In this document: one piece after another, positions 39,650 through 53,481 of the stretch
Position numbering within the stretch: the first letter of the stretch is position 1
Layout: each line of letters starts with the position of its first letter
Notes under the pieces: model-generated
What the model saw: the letters and a program-made list of their open reading frames with translations, nothing else
Databases searched by the model: none
Told to the model about the DNA's origin: nothing
DNA from: the human T2T-CHM13v2.0 reference genome, Homo sapiens
Assembly (NCBI RefSeq): GCF_009914755.1
Contig: NC_060937.1
DNA length: 64,000 bases
Strand: one strand, 5' to 3'
Made by a program: the position numbers and the translations under genes

Positions 39650-40705
39650 GTATAGCAAGCACTATCGGTTATCCACCCCAAATTCATTCCTTCTCAACTT
39701 TTTTTCCATCCCGGAAGATCACTGCTTTGTTCGTTTCACTTCTCTACCCTACCTCTGTGGTCAAGTGCATAGGAAAAATATTCCAATTCCTAGCTGAGTA
39801 GTAATGCTGATTAGTCTATACAAATCACGGCAATCCCTTGCCGTGACTATCTTAGAAATGGGCATGTGCTGCACACGTATGTTTATTGCAGCACTATTTA
39901 CAATAGCAAAGACATGGAACCAACCCAATTGCCCATCAATGATAGACCTGATAAAGAAAGTGTAGTACATATACACCATGGAATATTATTCAGCAATAAA
40001 AAGGAATGAGATTATATCCTTTGCAGGGACATGGATGAAGCTAGAAGCCATCATCCTCAGCAAACTAACACAGGAGCAGAAAACCAAACCAAACACCACA
40101 TGTTCTCACTCATAAGTGGGAGTCGAACATTGAGAACACATGGACACAGAGAGGGGAACAACACACACCAGGTCCTACTGTGGGTTGGGGAGTGATGGGA
40201 GGGAACTTAGAGGATGGGTCAGTAAGTGTAGCAAACCACCATGGCACATGTATACCTATGTAACAAACCTGCACATTCTGCACATGTATCCCCCCACTTT
40301 TTTTTTAGAAAAAAATAAAGAAATGGGCATGTGTACAATTCTGAGCAATGAGATATAAGACTGAAGTCTGCTGGAGAGTCTTCCTCACTGATTTGAAAAA
40401 CACAATGACACAGGAAAAGATGCCCTATACCTCTCCTATTAGTGTTTTCTGGGTGTGATGCCTGGAACTACCATAGCTATCTTATGACCCAAAGGAAAAC
40501 AAGCCTAAAGGTGAGCCAGTCTACTAAGGATGGCAGAGCATAACAACAGAAAGGTCCCAGTTCCTCGATGTCACTGAGCTGCTAAATTAACCAATCTTGG
40601 AGCTACCATACCTCTGGCTTATAATTATGTAAGAGAATACATATTTTTATTATTTAAGCTGATTGAGCCTGAGTTATCCATTATTTGCAACCAAAGACTA
40701 ACTAC
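39650..40705 (+). mobile_element. Old MLT1J-like LTR split by L1PA
   Basis: gtgatgcctggaactaccatagctatctt...tatttgcaaccaaag. Confidence 0.55.
39869..40318 (+). mobile_element. 5'-truncated L1PA (about PA11-PA13) 3' end
   Basis: Classic L1PA 3' sequence; perfect 15-bp TSD agaaatgggcatgtg at 39854-39868 and 40319-40333. Confidence 0.92.
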
Positions 40706-40719
40706 TATAGAACATATGT

Positions 40720-40995
40720 TAATCACAGCAAAGCATTTAAGAGGTCTCTCATAATATCTTTGTGAATTTGATGGAAAATGTGGATTGAAGGATAATTCAA
40801 TTTGGAAGTTTAATAGATGATGAAATAATGGAGGGAGACTTTAGTAGTGTGTCTCAGAATTCATTTTGCCTTTAGTTTCTCCTGTTGAATATTTTTATCA
40901 ACAACCGGGAAACATATAGATGACATAAAACACGTATGTGACTTAGCAGAGGGGGTTACTAATATGCTAGATGGCAGAATCAAAATTCAAAATGT
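40720..40995 (+). mobile_element. L3/CR1 fragment
   Basis: aatatttttatcaac...gatgaca...gatggcagaatcaaaattcaaaatg. Confidence 0.55.
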
Positions 40996-41604
40996 TTTTT
41001 CCCAAGGAATATTACGAATGCCCAATACTTCTATCCTATCCCAACATTTTCTTCTTCAACTCTTACCAAACTCAGATGTCAAATAAAAAGTGTTCACAGA
41101 TAGATTAAACCTGTGAAGCTTTGATTTATCCCCCACTCCTAACCACAGTTTAACATACATAGCAAATAACACTCTGACCTCTGTATCTACCGCTATGAAG
41201 GTACCCACCACACCTGAATATTTATTTGCTTACTTATCTGTGTCCTTGCCTCCTGGAGAAAAAAAACCATGCCTTCTTCATTTTTAGACTTTCTGCTCCT
41301 CGTTTGGTGCTATTGACGGAATAAAGACATGCATGAATAAGTAACTGAATGAATGAAAAACTGAATGGATTGATTTAAGGAAACAATTTCACTCTTTGAA
41401 GTGGAAGACAAGGATAAAAGAAAATTGGGAAGGTAATGGAAACTATTGAAGACTAGGAAAAATCTGAGTTCAGATACAATACAACAAATGATTAAGAAGT
41501 ATTTCAGGAATCTGTTACCAGTGGACAGAATACTGAATCCCTACAGTAACTGCAAATGCACAGTTACTCTTGCAGTTACTCTTTCATTAAAGTGGAATTC
41601 TTAA

Positions 41605-42288
<684 letters not shown>

Positions 42289-43207
42289 AGAAGCCAAAGG
42301 GATGATCTACCAGTACTTGGTTTGAACCCCAAGTTCCACTTACTAGAAATGTTTTTAAAAGGTTAATATAACAGTTGGCTAAATAATAAAAAGCATAATA
42401 TTAGAGTTTCATTTCCTTATCAAAACAAAGCATTAGGTTAACTTCTGTACATGGAATGAACCCTTAGTACACCTTCTTAAACCTTCTCATTTAGATTGTA
42501 TTGTTAAATTAAACTGAGAATAGGCATGAAATCTGAACACCTGAAAATTCATGTATCATTCCTAGAGAAGATGAATTTAAATTGTTACTTAGAATTTAGG
42601 AAGTGTGACTTTAAAGCACTTGAGATGCTTTTTTCATCTAAGCTTAAATGATCACGTCAAGAGGTCACTAGCCTCTATTATCCCAGACTATTCCCAGTAA
42701 CCATTGCCTCCTAAGGCTCTGAGTGGAAATTGTTTATAAGAAATATGGTATTCAAAGATATCCAGGATAATGGCTTCTCTATGTCATGTCTTCTATGATT
42801 CATCAGAGTCTTATGCTGTGTTAACGGTGTGTTACACACAGAGAAGTGGAGAATGAACATTACATGAAACTAAATATATAAATGTTATGGAATATAGGGA
42901 AAGGTTCAAATATTAAATTTTAAAACTCTACATAATAATATAACTCACTGAAATCACATCCTATGTACTGTTCTATATTATATGTTATATATATTTTTAA
43001 TCACATGTGTCAGTAGGCTCTCAAAAAATCCTCTTAAGAGAAGTACAATGGAATGGTTAAGAGAAATGGTTCTCAACCTATGTTGCACTACAACATATTC
43101 GATATTAACTATTCACATCACATTCCTGTGGGTCTAGGGTCTGAGCCCGATGCCAAATACAATGAGACTTTGTGGGAGCCTATAAGCAGAGTCTGCATCT
43201 GGGAGAC

Positions 43208-43870
43208 TGGCCAGAGGCCAGATTCTCGAGATTTTAAAACATGGCTCCAAATTCTTTGGCACTTCTGTCCAGAGGTGGGGTCTTTGTCTCTACCTCATGA
43301 ATTTGGGCAGGCTTGTAACTGCTTCAACAAGAGAATAGAGTGAAAGTGATGCTGGGTGACTTCTGAGGCTAGGTTGGAAAAGGCCATGCAATTTCCACCT
43401 GCTTCTCAAATTCTTGCTCTCTGGATGCTTCCTTTCGAGAAACTCCCTTTGGGATCCCAGGTGCCATGTTATGAGAAGCCTAAGCCGCATAGAGATCATG
43501 CACAGGTGTTCTGCTTGACAGCCCTAGCTGACCCCTCCTTTTAAGTCACCCTATAATGCATATGTGTGAGTGAAGATGCTTCTAGATCATTGGCTCTCAA
43601 ATTTTAGCATGCATCAAAGTCAGCTGGAGGGCTCATTAAAACATAGATGACTGAGCCCCACTGTTAGAGTTTCTGATTCAGTAGATCTGTGGTGGGACTG
43701 GACAATTTGCCTTTCTAAGTTTCCAGGTGATTTGGAGACCACAGTTTGAGAACCACCACTCTACCTGATTCTAACCACCAACCATTGGTGAGACTCTAAC
43801 ATTGTGGAGCATAGATAAACCCTCTCTGCTCTGCTCTCTCTCTCTGGATTCCTAGTGTACAAAATTCAGG
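43208..43870 (+). mobile_element. MLT1F-type LTR split by MER5A
   Basis: aagtgatgctgggtgacttctgaggctagg...aaaaggccatgc. Confidence 0.75.
43589..43760. mobile_element. MER5A
   Basis: tctcaaa...gagtttctgattcagtag...gaccacagtttgagaacca. Confidence 0.8.
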
Positions 43871-44149
43871 AATTATTCCACCTTTTCCACATTAAGAAGA
43901 TACATTAGAATGAAGTAAAATGACATAGGAAAATTTCAATACATTCTAAGGATCTTTAAAGTATGAGATCATAAACTTTCATGCTGTAATGATTAGCTTT
44001 AATTATTCAAGTGATGTGACATATCTCACAAGTGATTACAAAACATCACTGCTTAGTCACCACATCTGGGGGCCTCTCCTGTGTGAATCACTCAGAGCTG
44101 GTTTTGAATTTCACCTTTGCTACTTAAAGGTTAACACAGCAATTAGTAA

Positions 44150-44525
44150 GGCACGGAAGAGGCTTTTGGAGTTTGTGTGCCTGTGTTTAAATCCAGTTCT
44201 ACCACCTTCTAGCTGTGTGTGACCTAGAGTAACATACTTAACCTTCCTAAGCCTCTGTTTCTCCATTCCTAAAATGGCCTGAGACGATTAGTGTGGTTAT
44301 TAAATGAGATAATGCCCTTAAAACAGCGCTGGCGCTGAGAAGTCACTCCAGAAATATCTTATGAAATGGTATGTGTCCTTGGACAGGTTGTGTTTTTACC
44401 TCTCTGGGAATTAGAATTTATCTAAAAAACCAGGATAATAATATCTATCACATGGGGTGATTAAGATTAAATAATAAGCAAACAAGTGCTTAATAAATGG
44501 CAGCTATTATTAATATTTTTATTAC
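44150..44525 (+). mobile_element. Two adjacent MIR copies
   Basis: ctagctgtgtgacct...ttaaatgagataatg; tgtgtccttggacag...aataaatggcagctattatt. Confidence 0.7.
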
Positions 44526-44699
44526 TGTGAAACAGTTGCACTTTCTAGTATGGAAAGCACAAGTCAGCAAGTTTTACTCCCATAAAATAAAGCTTTCATG
44601 TAGCGGACAGGATAGCAAAAGTGTCTTAGCCTGTCACTGATCAAACAGTAAAAGAGTAAGTGATATTTAAAGTTCGATGATAGAATCAAAGGGACTTCC

Positions 44700-44997
<298 letters not shown>

Positions 44998-45559
44998 AGA
45001 ATCAAAAGGACTTCTAATAGTCTGTTCACATAGGCTCTGAAGTAGGAGTAAGAACTGCACTAAATCATTATGGATCCTGGCAACTGTCCTGGTAGTGTCA
45101 GGTCCAAGCAGCTGTGAACCAAGCAGCATTTACCTTTGTTGCTTCCCAGCCTGCAGCATTTGCTCCTCTTTCTGCCCTTTGTCCCCAAGTACAGGTTTCA
45201 GGCACCATTCCTATTGGGCTCTGTGCTAATGGGTTATTAGATCCTTTGCAATATTAATCAGTAATGAATATGATAGCTAAGAACTGTGATATGATAGTTT
45301 TCACTAATGAAGAGGGAATAAAAAACAAAGAGCCCTCAGGGCCTATATCTATACCACTGTAAAGATGAGTGAGAAGATTGCCATTTTGAAGCCAGAATTT
45401 TTCAGTTTAGTTAAAGCATCTTTCATAGGAAGCTACTTTCTCCCTTGCCTGGCCTATTACAAATTTCACAAGGTATAGATGGCTTTCTTTAACCATATTT
45501 TGTTATTATCTGTTTCATTCTTCTTAAAACTGGAAGAATGCTGGAAGGAAATTTAGGTA

Positions 45560-46330
45560 AATATTTTTCTTCTTTCTGGATGGGGAAGAACATTCCCCAT
45601 TCATAACATAACATAACATAAATAAACAAATAAATAAATAAAAGGAATCACAAAATAAAAGGTATACAGATTTGACTACAAAAAAATTGAAACCGTCCAT
45701 ATGTTAGTAGACACTATAAGCTAAATTAAAACTGAGAAATAACAGCATCCACAAAGCATTTATATTTATAATATACAAATAATCTATACAAATCAATGAA
45801 TAAAACTCTAGCATCCCAGTAGAAATGTGAGCTAAAATATAAAACAATAATTTACCTTATTAATAGAAAAAGAATCGCAAATTTAAACTGTGTATATTTT
45901 TCCCCATTAGAAAACTAACAAATACTTGAAATGTGTTCATATTTTGTGTTGGTAAAAGTTCATTAGGACCAGGATTCTTACATTTTCTCATGAAATTGGT
46001 CTAATTTTTATGAAAAATAACTTGGTTAAATAAAGTAAAAATTATGAAAATATTTTCAATTCTTGGCCCAGTGAGACTAGCAAAATTTCCCTAGGAAATA
46101 ATAAGAGTTTCAGCCAAAATTTAAGTATAAAGATGTGGACAACAGCTTTATTTATAACAGCAAAATTTACAGAAAAACACACACCCAATACTAAGAGTTA
46201 GAGTTTTGTATATTTATAGGAAAATTATGCAGTTTTATAATTTCAAACCGTTCTTAATGATTTGGGAAAATGCATACCAGAAAAAAAATAGTGGAGAAAA
46301 AAGTCAAGATACAAAACAATATACATGAGG
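45560..46330 (+). mobile_element. Old L1ME fragments
   Basis: agatttgactac, tacaaatcaatg, ttatttataacagcaaaa. Confidence 0.6.
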
Positions 46331-46659
46331 GAAAGTTTTTGAAATTTTTTGGTAGTGGCTATGTGGAGTGCTGCATTGAAGGTTATTCTGAAATAACATC
46401 TGCGCTCAGCAGGAAAGAAGGCGGTGGCCACTAAATATCTGCTATTGGCCCGAAAGGTGGGAAATAACACCACATATGCCCTCTGATGCCATCCTGTGTA
46501 GTACATACAATATGGCTTTAATCACTTATCAGCATATGTGTGTGGAGGATGTGTGTGTGTGTGTGTGTGTGTGTATGTAAAATCACTACATTGCAATAAT
46601 AATTCTCTTCAGATTGTAGATTGGGTGATTTGGATTTTTTGATATTTTTCAAGTTTTCT

Positions 46660-46956
46660 TTTTTTTTTTTTTCTTGAGACAGCATCTCACTTTGTCGCCC
46701 TGGCCAGGGTGCAGTGGCACGATCTTGGCTCACTGTAAATTCTGCCTCCCAGGTTCAAGCAATTCTAGTGCCTCAGCCTACCGAGTAGCTGGGATTGCAG
46801 GAGCCCATTACCACGCCGGCTAATTTTTGTACTTTTAGTAGACACAGCGTTTCGCCATGTTGGCCAGGCTGGTAAACTCCTGACCTCAAGTGACCTGCCG
46901 GCCTCAGCCTGCCAAAATGCTGGGATTACAGGTGTGAGCCTGTAATCCGCCCAGCC
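46660..46956 (-). mobile_element. AluS(z-like)
   Basis: TSD tatttttca(a/g)gttttct at 46643-46659 and 46960-46976. Confidence 0.88.
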
Positions 46957-46977
46957 TAGTATTTTTCAGGTTTTCTA

Positions 46978-47535
46978 TGATGCAGTTCAGGACATACTAC
47001 TGCAAAATGTGGCATCCTGACATAGTGAATATTTTAAGCTGAAGGAATTTGTGAAAACAACAGAAGCAAGGATGTCCTCCTGACCTCTCTTGGTCTTCTC
47101 TCTCGGAGCAGGTCATAAAACTTAGGAAGCATTTTCTGACCTTCCCATGAAGCAGGTCTTAAAACCCCCCTGTGAGAGGTGCCCTTCCTATACCCGGAGG
47201 AAAGGAACATCTTAATCTCTGAAGATAAAGGCACACAGAAAGGAAGCTGAATGAACAGGCCTTGCTAAATTTCCCCCACTTTTTATACTCTGCTCAACCC
47301 CCTTTGTCCTGTGATATTTCTCCACAGCTGTCCACCCTCCATCGAAACTCATGTAAAAACATTCAGGTTTCACTGCTTCTTTGGGGCTTCATTTTTTTTT
47401 TACGAAAACTCCCATGTCACATAAAACTTATATTAAATAAATGTGCATGCTTTTGTCTTGTTAATCTATCTTTTGCTACAGGAGCCGCAGCCAATGAACC
47501 TAAGATGACAAAGAAGACATTTTCCCTCCCCTGCA
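46978..47535 (+). mobile_element. ERV1 solo LTR (LTR54B-like)
   Basis: tg...gttcaggacatactac...gaatattttaagctgaaggaatttg...ca; perfect 4-bp TSD tcta. Confidence 0.8.
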
Positions 47536-47997
47536 TCTACATCAAACACATATTGGTTTTACATTAATTTTTGTTTTAGATTTTCGAACTGTTCAGATGA
47601 TATTTTAACTAGAATATTACATTCACCCTGGGGAAAGCCACAGGGGTGGGGGATAATTTTTGTAGAGAAAATAAATTTTGTATGTCCTTTCATTGCTTTT
47701 CCAGAAGGGAAAATGTATTATCAGAGTTAGGGATATCTTCCCCAGTACAGGTTAGTTCTAACTCTCTTGGAATTTGGTTATGAAAAAGAATGTGACCTTT
47801 TGTCTCCTATAGAAATTCAAGCACTTGAAAAAAGATTTCTGTGAATGAACTTAAAAAAAGCATCAATTTTTGTCAGTATAGATAGCCAAAGGGCCTGGAC
47901 TAATAAGACCACATTTGAAAGTGCCAGTGTTACGGTGAGCTTTTAAAATTTTAAACCAATTAGTGATGCTTTTAATGTCTCTTACTAGCTTGTATAC

Positions 47998-48008
47998 TGC
48001 TGAGTCAT
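47998..48008. promoter_or_regulatory. Consensus ARE/MARE (NRF2/NF-E2/BACH-sMAF) motif
   Basis: TGCTGAGTCAT in non-repeat DNA; motif match only. Confidence 0.35.
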
Positions 48009-50859
48009 TCCCACGCTTGAAGCTGATTTTGATATTTTCACAGCTCAGATTTCTTTGCAGAGAGTACTTACCAGGTTAAGAAGCGAGTGAGCGTGGTTGC
48101 ATGACTGAATTTCTTCCACTTTGTGAGGCTGTCTCAGAATTGGAAACCCCAAGCTTCCTGGAGTCAGGGAAAAAGGGCCCAGATGCAGCTCTCCCTTTGA
48201 TTAGCTCTATGACCTGAGACAAGTCACTTTCTCTGTTCTCTTTCAGAGTTTCCACATTTATAATATGAAAATATACTATAACTGCCCTCCAGGGCAAAAT
48301 ATATGAGGATAAATTGAGTAAAAGATGTGAGATGTATAAGCAGATGGGAGGCTATCTTTCCTTCTGGGTCTCACTCCCAGTTGACCATGTACAAATCCTT
48401 CCTAAGATGTTAACTGATAATTAGGATGTTAATTAGCAGCAAGCAGTCCGCAACATTTGAGCTTCTATAATCAACGTAAATTAAGTGGGATTGTCCCAAA
48501 TTTCAGAATCAGACAGTATCAGTAAGATGTCCAGTGCCGCCCACAGGAAGCTTTGGGGGAGAATGTTCTCGGTAGTTTCCCACAGCCTCACCCAATTCTC
48601 TGGAACCTAAAATCCATGAGCACAATTATGCATTATCTTCTACTTGTACATATTCAACCACAGTTGAGCGAATTTGTCACCTTGCTCACAGTTGATGTTT
48701 GCCTTCCCCTTCTCCTTCGATATGCTCTCATGTCCCTAGAAACGCCAGAACAAGTGTTAAGATGGACCACCAGTGCTCAGAGAAGGAATAGTCTTTGTTT
48801 GAGAATTAGTTATTGGATAAGATCCAAATAACTAGCATCTTCTTGGTAAAAACCTAAATATGCCAAGATACTCAAAATCCACAGGGAAAAATTTGACAGA
48901 TTTGACTCATTAAATCTAAAGTTGTCTTTTATCCTCTGTAGTAAAACAGTACAGACAAAGTAAAAAACACAACACAAACTGAAAAGTAATTTCAACACCT
49001 AACAGACAAGGTAATAGCCATAATTTATCATCATATCCATATATCAGTAACATAAAATATCACACATATTGTCTTTGAGAAGGCTTTACTGACCCTGCAG
49101 TCTAAATCAAGATCCTCATTAAATCATTGCATCACCTCTTTTATCTTTTTTTTCCTTACACATATCTGTATCCCAGCAGCATTTAACAAATGATCGCTCT
49201 GGACAGGCACTGTGCTACACGCTACCTATTCACACACAGACAAAAGAGCAACATGACAAGAGCTATCCTTGTTGGCATTATATCACTTTTGGAAGTATTT
49301 ATATTTCCAGCTTGTAGAGTCTTTTTTATAATTATCTAAACTCAAATAGCCTAAAGCATGAAGAGTCTTGTTTTGTACTAATTTAAATTTTAATGAAATA
49401 CAATCCAGACAATTTGGTTTTATATATAAAAATACTTTACAGTTAAACTATAATCTATTTCTCCATATTAAGTGGAAAGTTTTGCTTTGAAAAGGTTTTA
49501 AAAATGTAGTATAAACACCAACCAAAAATATATACAGGTAAGAAAGCATGTGATGAAAGCATGTGATATGGAATTTTATGTAAAATTAAAGATATGGCTG
49601 AAGCTTGATTCTCTGTCCCAAGGGTAGCTATTTCTTTGTGACTAAAGTTTAATAATGTTACCATGGAACATTAAAAAAGGCACTTTTTCAAAGTAAAGAA
49701 TCTTTAAAAAATTTAAATGTTGTCCTTGTATGTGTGTCTTTGAAAATAAAATATTTATTTCCACTAAAACTGATTTATTAGAGACAAACCATCTGTTCTC
49801 TGGTTTGTTTGACACAAGTAATTTTTTTTTTCAGTATTGAAGGCTTCTAACCAGTTGATATCATTCTCCATACAAGAAATGGCAAAATCTAAACTCTCCC
49901 TCTCCTTTGTTTCTCTTAACTCCTAGGTATTATGATGATTTCCCTGGGGGGTGGGGAGGGGAGCCAATTCTTGAATCATCTTAAGACCAAGTCACAGGGA
50001 ATTCAGAAATTGTTTTATTTACATTGGTTACAGTGTATTCATTTATGTGATTTGATTCTACATTTGCAAGTTAGGTGCCTCTGCATCATGCCAGCCAAGC
50101 AAGGGTTAAATCCCTACCCCAGGATGCCCTGAAACTGCTGCCAACAAGATACCATTTAGGCTCAATAGACCAGCAGGAACTCCTTACAGCCACGTGGATG
50201 AGCATAATTGGCAGCAGGGATGGTGCAAGGGTACAAGCCAGCAGCAGGGACATCAATGGGACAAACCGGAAGCAGAGTAAGAAGATACAGGCAGGGGTGA
50301 GGCTGAATCTGGGCTTTGGCATGTGTATAGTTTATGTTAGTGGCTTGATCTGTTGGAAACTCTTGTCTCACCTTGGACTGGTGCTATCTCAGCAGAAGTG
50401 TCACAGTGTGCAACACCCTGGAATACTGTATTAGGCCAAGAAGATAGGCTTGCTTTTCCAATGTGGCCAAATGTCCACTCTTTATAACAGGCCACCTTTG
50501 TAGTAGACTTGGAACACCAGAAAGGCAGATTGAGAGAATTATCTGAACAATGCACTCAAAGGCAAAGGCTCTCTCACTTGCTGACATGTTCCTTCCCCTC
50601 TCCATTCAGCTCCTTATTCCGATCAGGCCCAAACCCCTAAGTGAATACAAAGTTAGACTTAAGCATGATTATAAATACTAGGCTGAATTTTAGTTGACAA
50701 ATTTGGAGAATAAAGGCAATGATTTAGGAAGCAGGCTTCGTGTGAATCATTGAGGAGAGTATAGGAGCAAGTCATGCATTATTCTTTCATTTATCACATC
50801 TATCTAAAAATAAAGAAATAATAATGGAACATTGAAAAGTATATCATATTCATATGCTT

Positions 50860-53040
50860 TCAAAACAAGCATTTGTTGAGCATCTACTGTGTACTAGGTC
50901 CCATTCAAAACTCAAAGGTCATTTGATTTGGTAGGAGAGATCGACATGTTAGTAAACATTTATTTCTACAGTGTGTGATGAGTGCAACCTTAGAGGGAAT
51001 AACAAGACACAAGTAAACACACCAAGAAAGGAATGGTCAGATCTAACCCAGAGGTTTAGGAAGGCTCCCAAGGCAATCTGTAACCTGAGACTTTAGGTTG
51101 AGCAGAAGTCTGGTTTGCAGATGAAGGTGGAAGGGAACTCTAGGCAGAGGAATGGGATGTCTAAAGATTCAGATGAATGGAGCAATAACAATGTACTCAG
51201 TGACTCCAAGTACTTCAACATGGCAATAGGGTAGAGTGTGATGAGGAAAGTGGGGGAAGATTTTGTTGGCCAATCTAAGCCTTTGACTTCTTTCTGAAAG
51301 CAAATGATAGCTATTGAAGGATTTAAACAAGGAAGCCATCTGCAGATTAAAATGAGTATTATGAAAGCAAAGAGGGGGATAGATTGAAGGGGATGTAAAC
51401 TGGGGGCAGGGAGGCCAGCTAAGGAGGCAATTGTTAAAGTTCTTATGGGAAATGTTGGGGGCCTGAGATGACTTTTGACTATGAAAAGGTGATTTCAAAA
51501 GGAAAAGCATCGGATCATTAAGTCCCAAAATGAGCTGTACTAAAGCTTAATGCTATATGGTGCTCCAAGAAAGAGAGCAATGAATTAGAGAGACTGTGAT
51601 GCTGCTGCATAACAAGAGGAGAGAGGCGAGAAGGTGAGGGGGGTATGCAGGCAAAGGCACTAATTACACTGCATCTAATTGAAAAGTATGCTCTTTACTT
51701 AGAACTACATTAAAATCTGTCACTATGGCCTGAACTGGAGATAAATGTAACAATAAATTCAAACGTTGAAGAAAGAGAAATAGAAAGAAGGATAGAAAAA
51801 TGTATTTTATCTAAGTTAGTTTTCTATCACTGTGGCTCAGGTTCTGCCGCTGGGATACAGGACTAAAAACTCTGCTCCCAGGTCTCCTTAGGCAAAGAGA
51901 ATTCATACCACCTGTTCAGCTTCTCTGTAATCCCTCTGGGAAAAGAGTGACTATTAGATCATTTTGGAAACATTTTCGCAGTCTACCCTTCACTTTGCTT
52001 TAGGAGTTCTTTGAAATCCTCCTACAATGGTCTCTTCAGGAGTCACTGTACTCTGATCTTACCCCCTTGGCTCCAGACTTACAGGCCCTCTTTCCCAAAT
52101 GGAAAGAAGCCCTCTGTGAACTCTCTCCAACTGGACCTGCAAGAACCAACTAGGCCCCCACCTGTTTGATGCTCCACTCTGAGATCTGCATTTTAGGAAG
52201 CTCATTCTGGACACTAAATGAAGAATACATTGGAAAAAAACAAGAGCAGTAATCCAGCAATGGTTGCCTAGACTGGATGGTGGCTACAATGATGAAGGGA
52301 AATAGATCTGAGAGCTATTTATTATAGATTTAGTATAGATTTGAGAGCTATTTATCAATGTTTCAGAGGCTGACCAATTATGGGGGATGAGCCAGAAGGA
52401 AGAGTCAAGAAAAATTCTTAGGCTTTTGATCCAAGCACTCAGATAGCTGGTGGTTCCATTTATTGAGCTAAGGGACATAAGATTCAGGAAGTTCAATTGA
52501 AGACTTTATGAAATTGAGGCACCCATGAGACCTCTAAGTAGAAGTGTCCAGTAGTTCAGATATACATGGCTGGAGGTCCAGAGAAAAACCTGGACTGAAT
52601 AAAATGATTCTGGTGTCATTAGCATATAGATAGCAACACCGGGATGTCCCTAGGAGAGTGCAAATAGCCAGACCCTAGAGGAACACTGTATTTTAAAAAT
52701 TAGAGAAGAAAGGAAGCTCTTGGTGAAGACCAAGAAGTTCCACTAGAGAAGTAGGAGACAAACCAGGAGAGTGAAATTCATAGAAATGTACAAGAAGAGC
52801 ATTGTTAACATTATAAAACACCACTGCAAAGTCAAACAAGATAATTACTAAAAAGTATTTTATTAGATTTAGGGACACAGAGGCCACCAGTGACTCTGGA
52901 GACAGCAGTTTTAATAAAATGGTAAGAGTAGAAAACAAATTATAGTGCCTTGTGGAGAAAGAGTAAAAAGAAGAAATGGAGAGATCAAGGATGGACCATT
53001 TATTCACTAAGTTTGCCTATGAAGGAGAGGAAAGAGTCAG
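50860..53040 (-). mobile_element. L2 fragments (two clusters, about 50860-51500 and 52200-53040)
   Basis: atttgttgagcatctactgtgt; ggtggttccatttattgag; agcagttttaataaaatgg. Confidence 0.6.
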
Positions 53041-53053
53041 TGAAGAGGGGCAT

Positions 53054-53481
53054 TATCTTGGTTCATTTTCTGTGGGATATAACAGAATATCTGAAACAGA
53101 GTAATTTATAAAGTAAAGGAATTTATTTATTACAGTTCCAGAGGCTGAGAAGTCCAAGGCTGAGATCCTGCATCTGGTGAGGGCCTTTTTGCTGGCGGGG
53201 ACCCTCTGCAGAGTCCTGAAGTGGTTCAGGGCATCACATGGTGAGGTGGCTGAGTGTGCTAGCTAAGGTCTCTGTTCCTCTTCTTATAAAGCCACCAGTA
53301 CCATGCCTATGATAACCTTTTAATTTATTAATCAATTAAGCCACAAAAAGATTACTCCATTCATGAAGGCAGAGCCCTCTTGACTCAATCACCTCTTAGA
53401 GGCCCCGCCTCCCAATACTGCCACATTAGGGCTTAAATTTCAACATGAATTTTGGAAAGGACAAACGTTAAAACCATAGCA
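53054..53481 (-). mobile_element. MSTC-like LTR
   Basis: gtaatttataaag...gaggctgagaagtccaagg...aaaccatagca. Confidence 0.85.

Noticed and set aside
50075-50605. Overlapping ORFs in a GC-richer unique patch
   Set aside because: No recognisable protein or coherent exon structure; expected where stops are rarer
52302-52355. 21-bp direct repeat atagat(c/t)tgagagctatttat
   Set aside because: Ordinary small duplication within an L2
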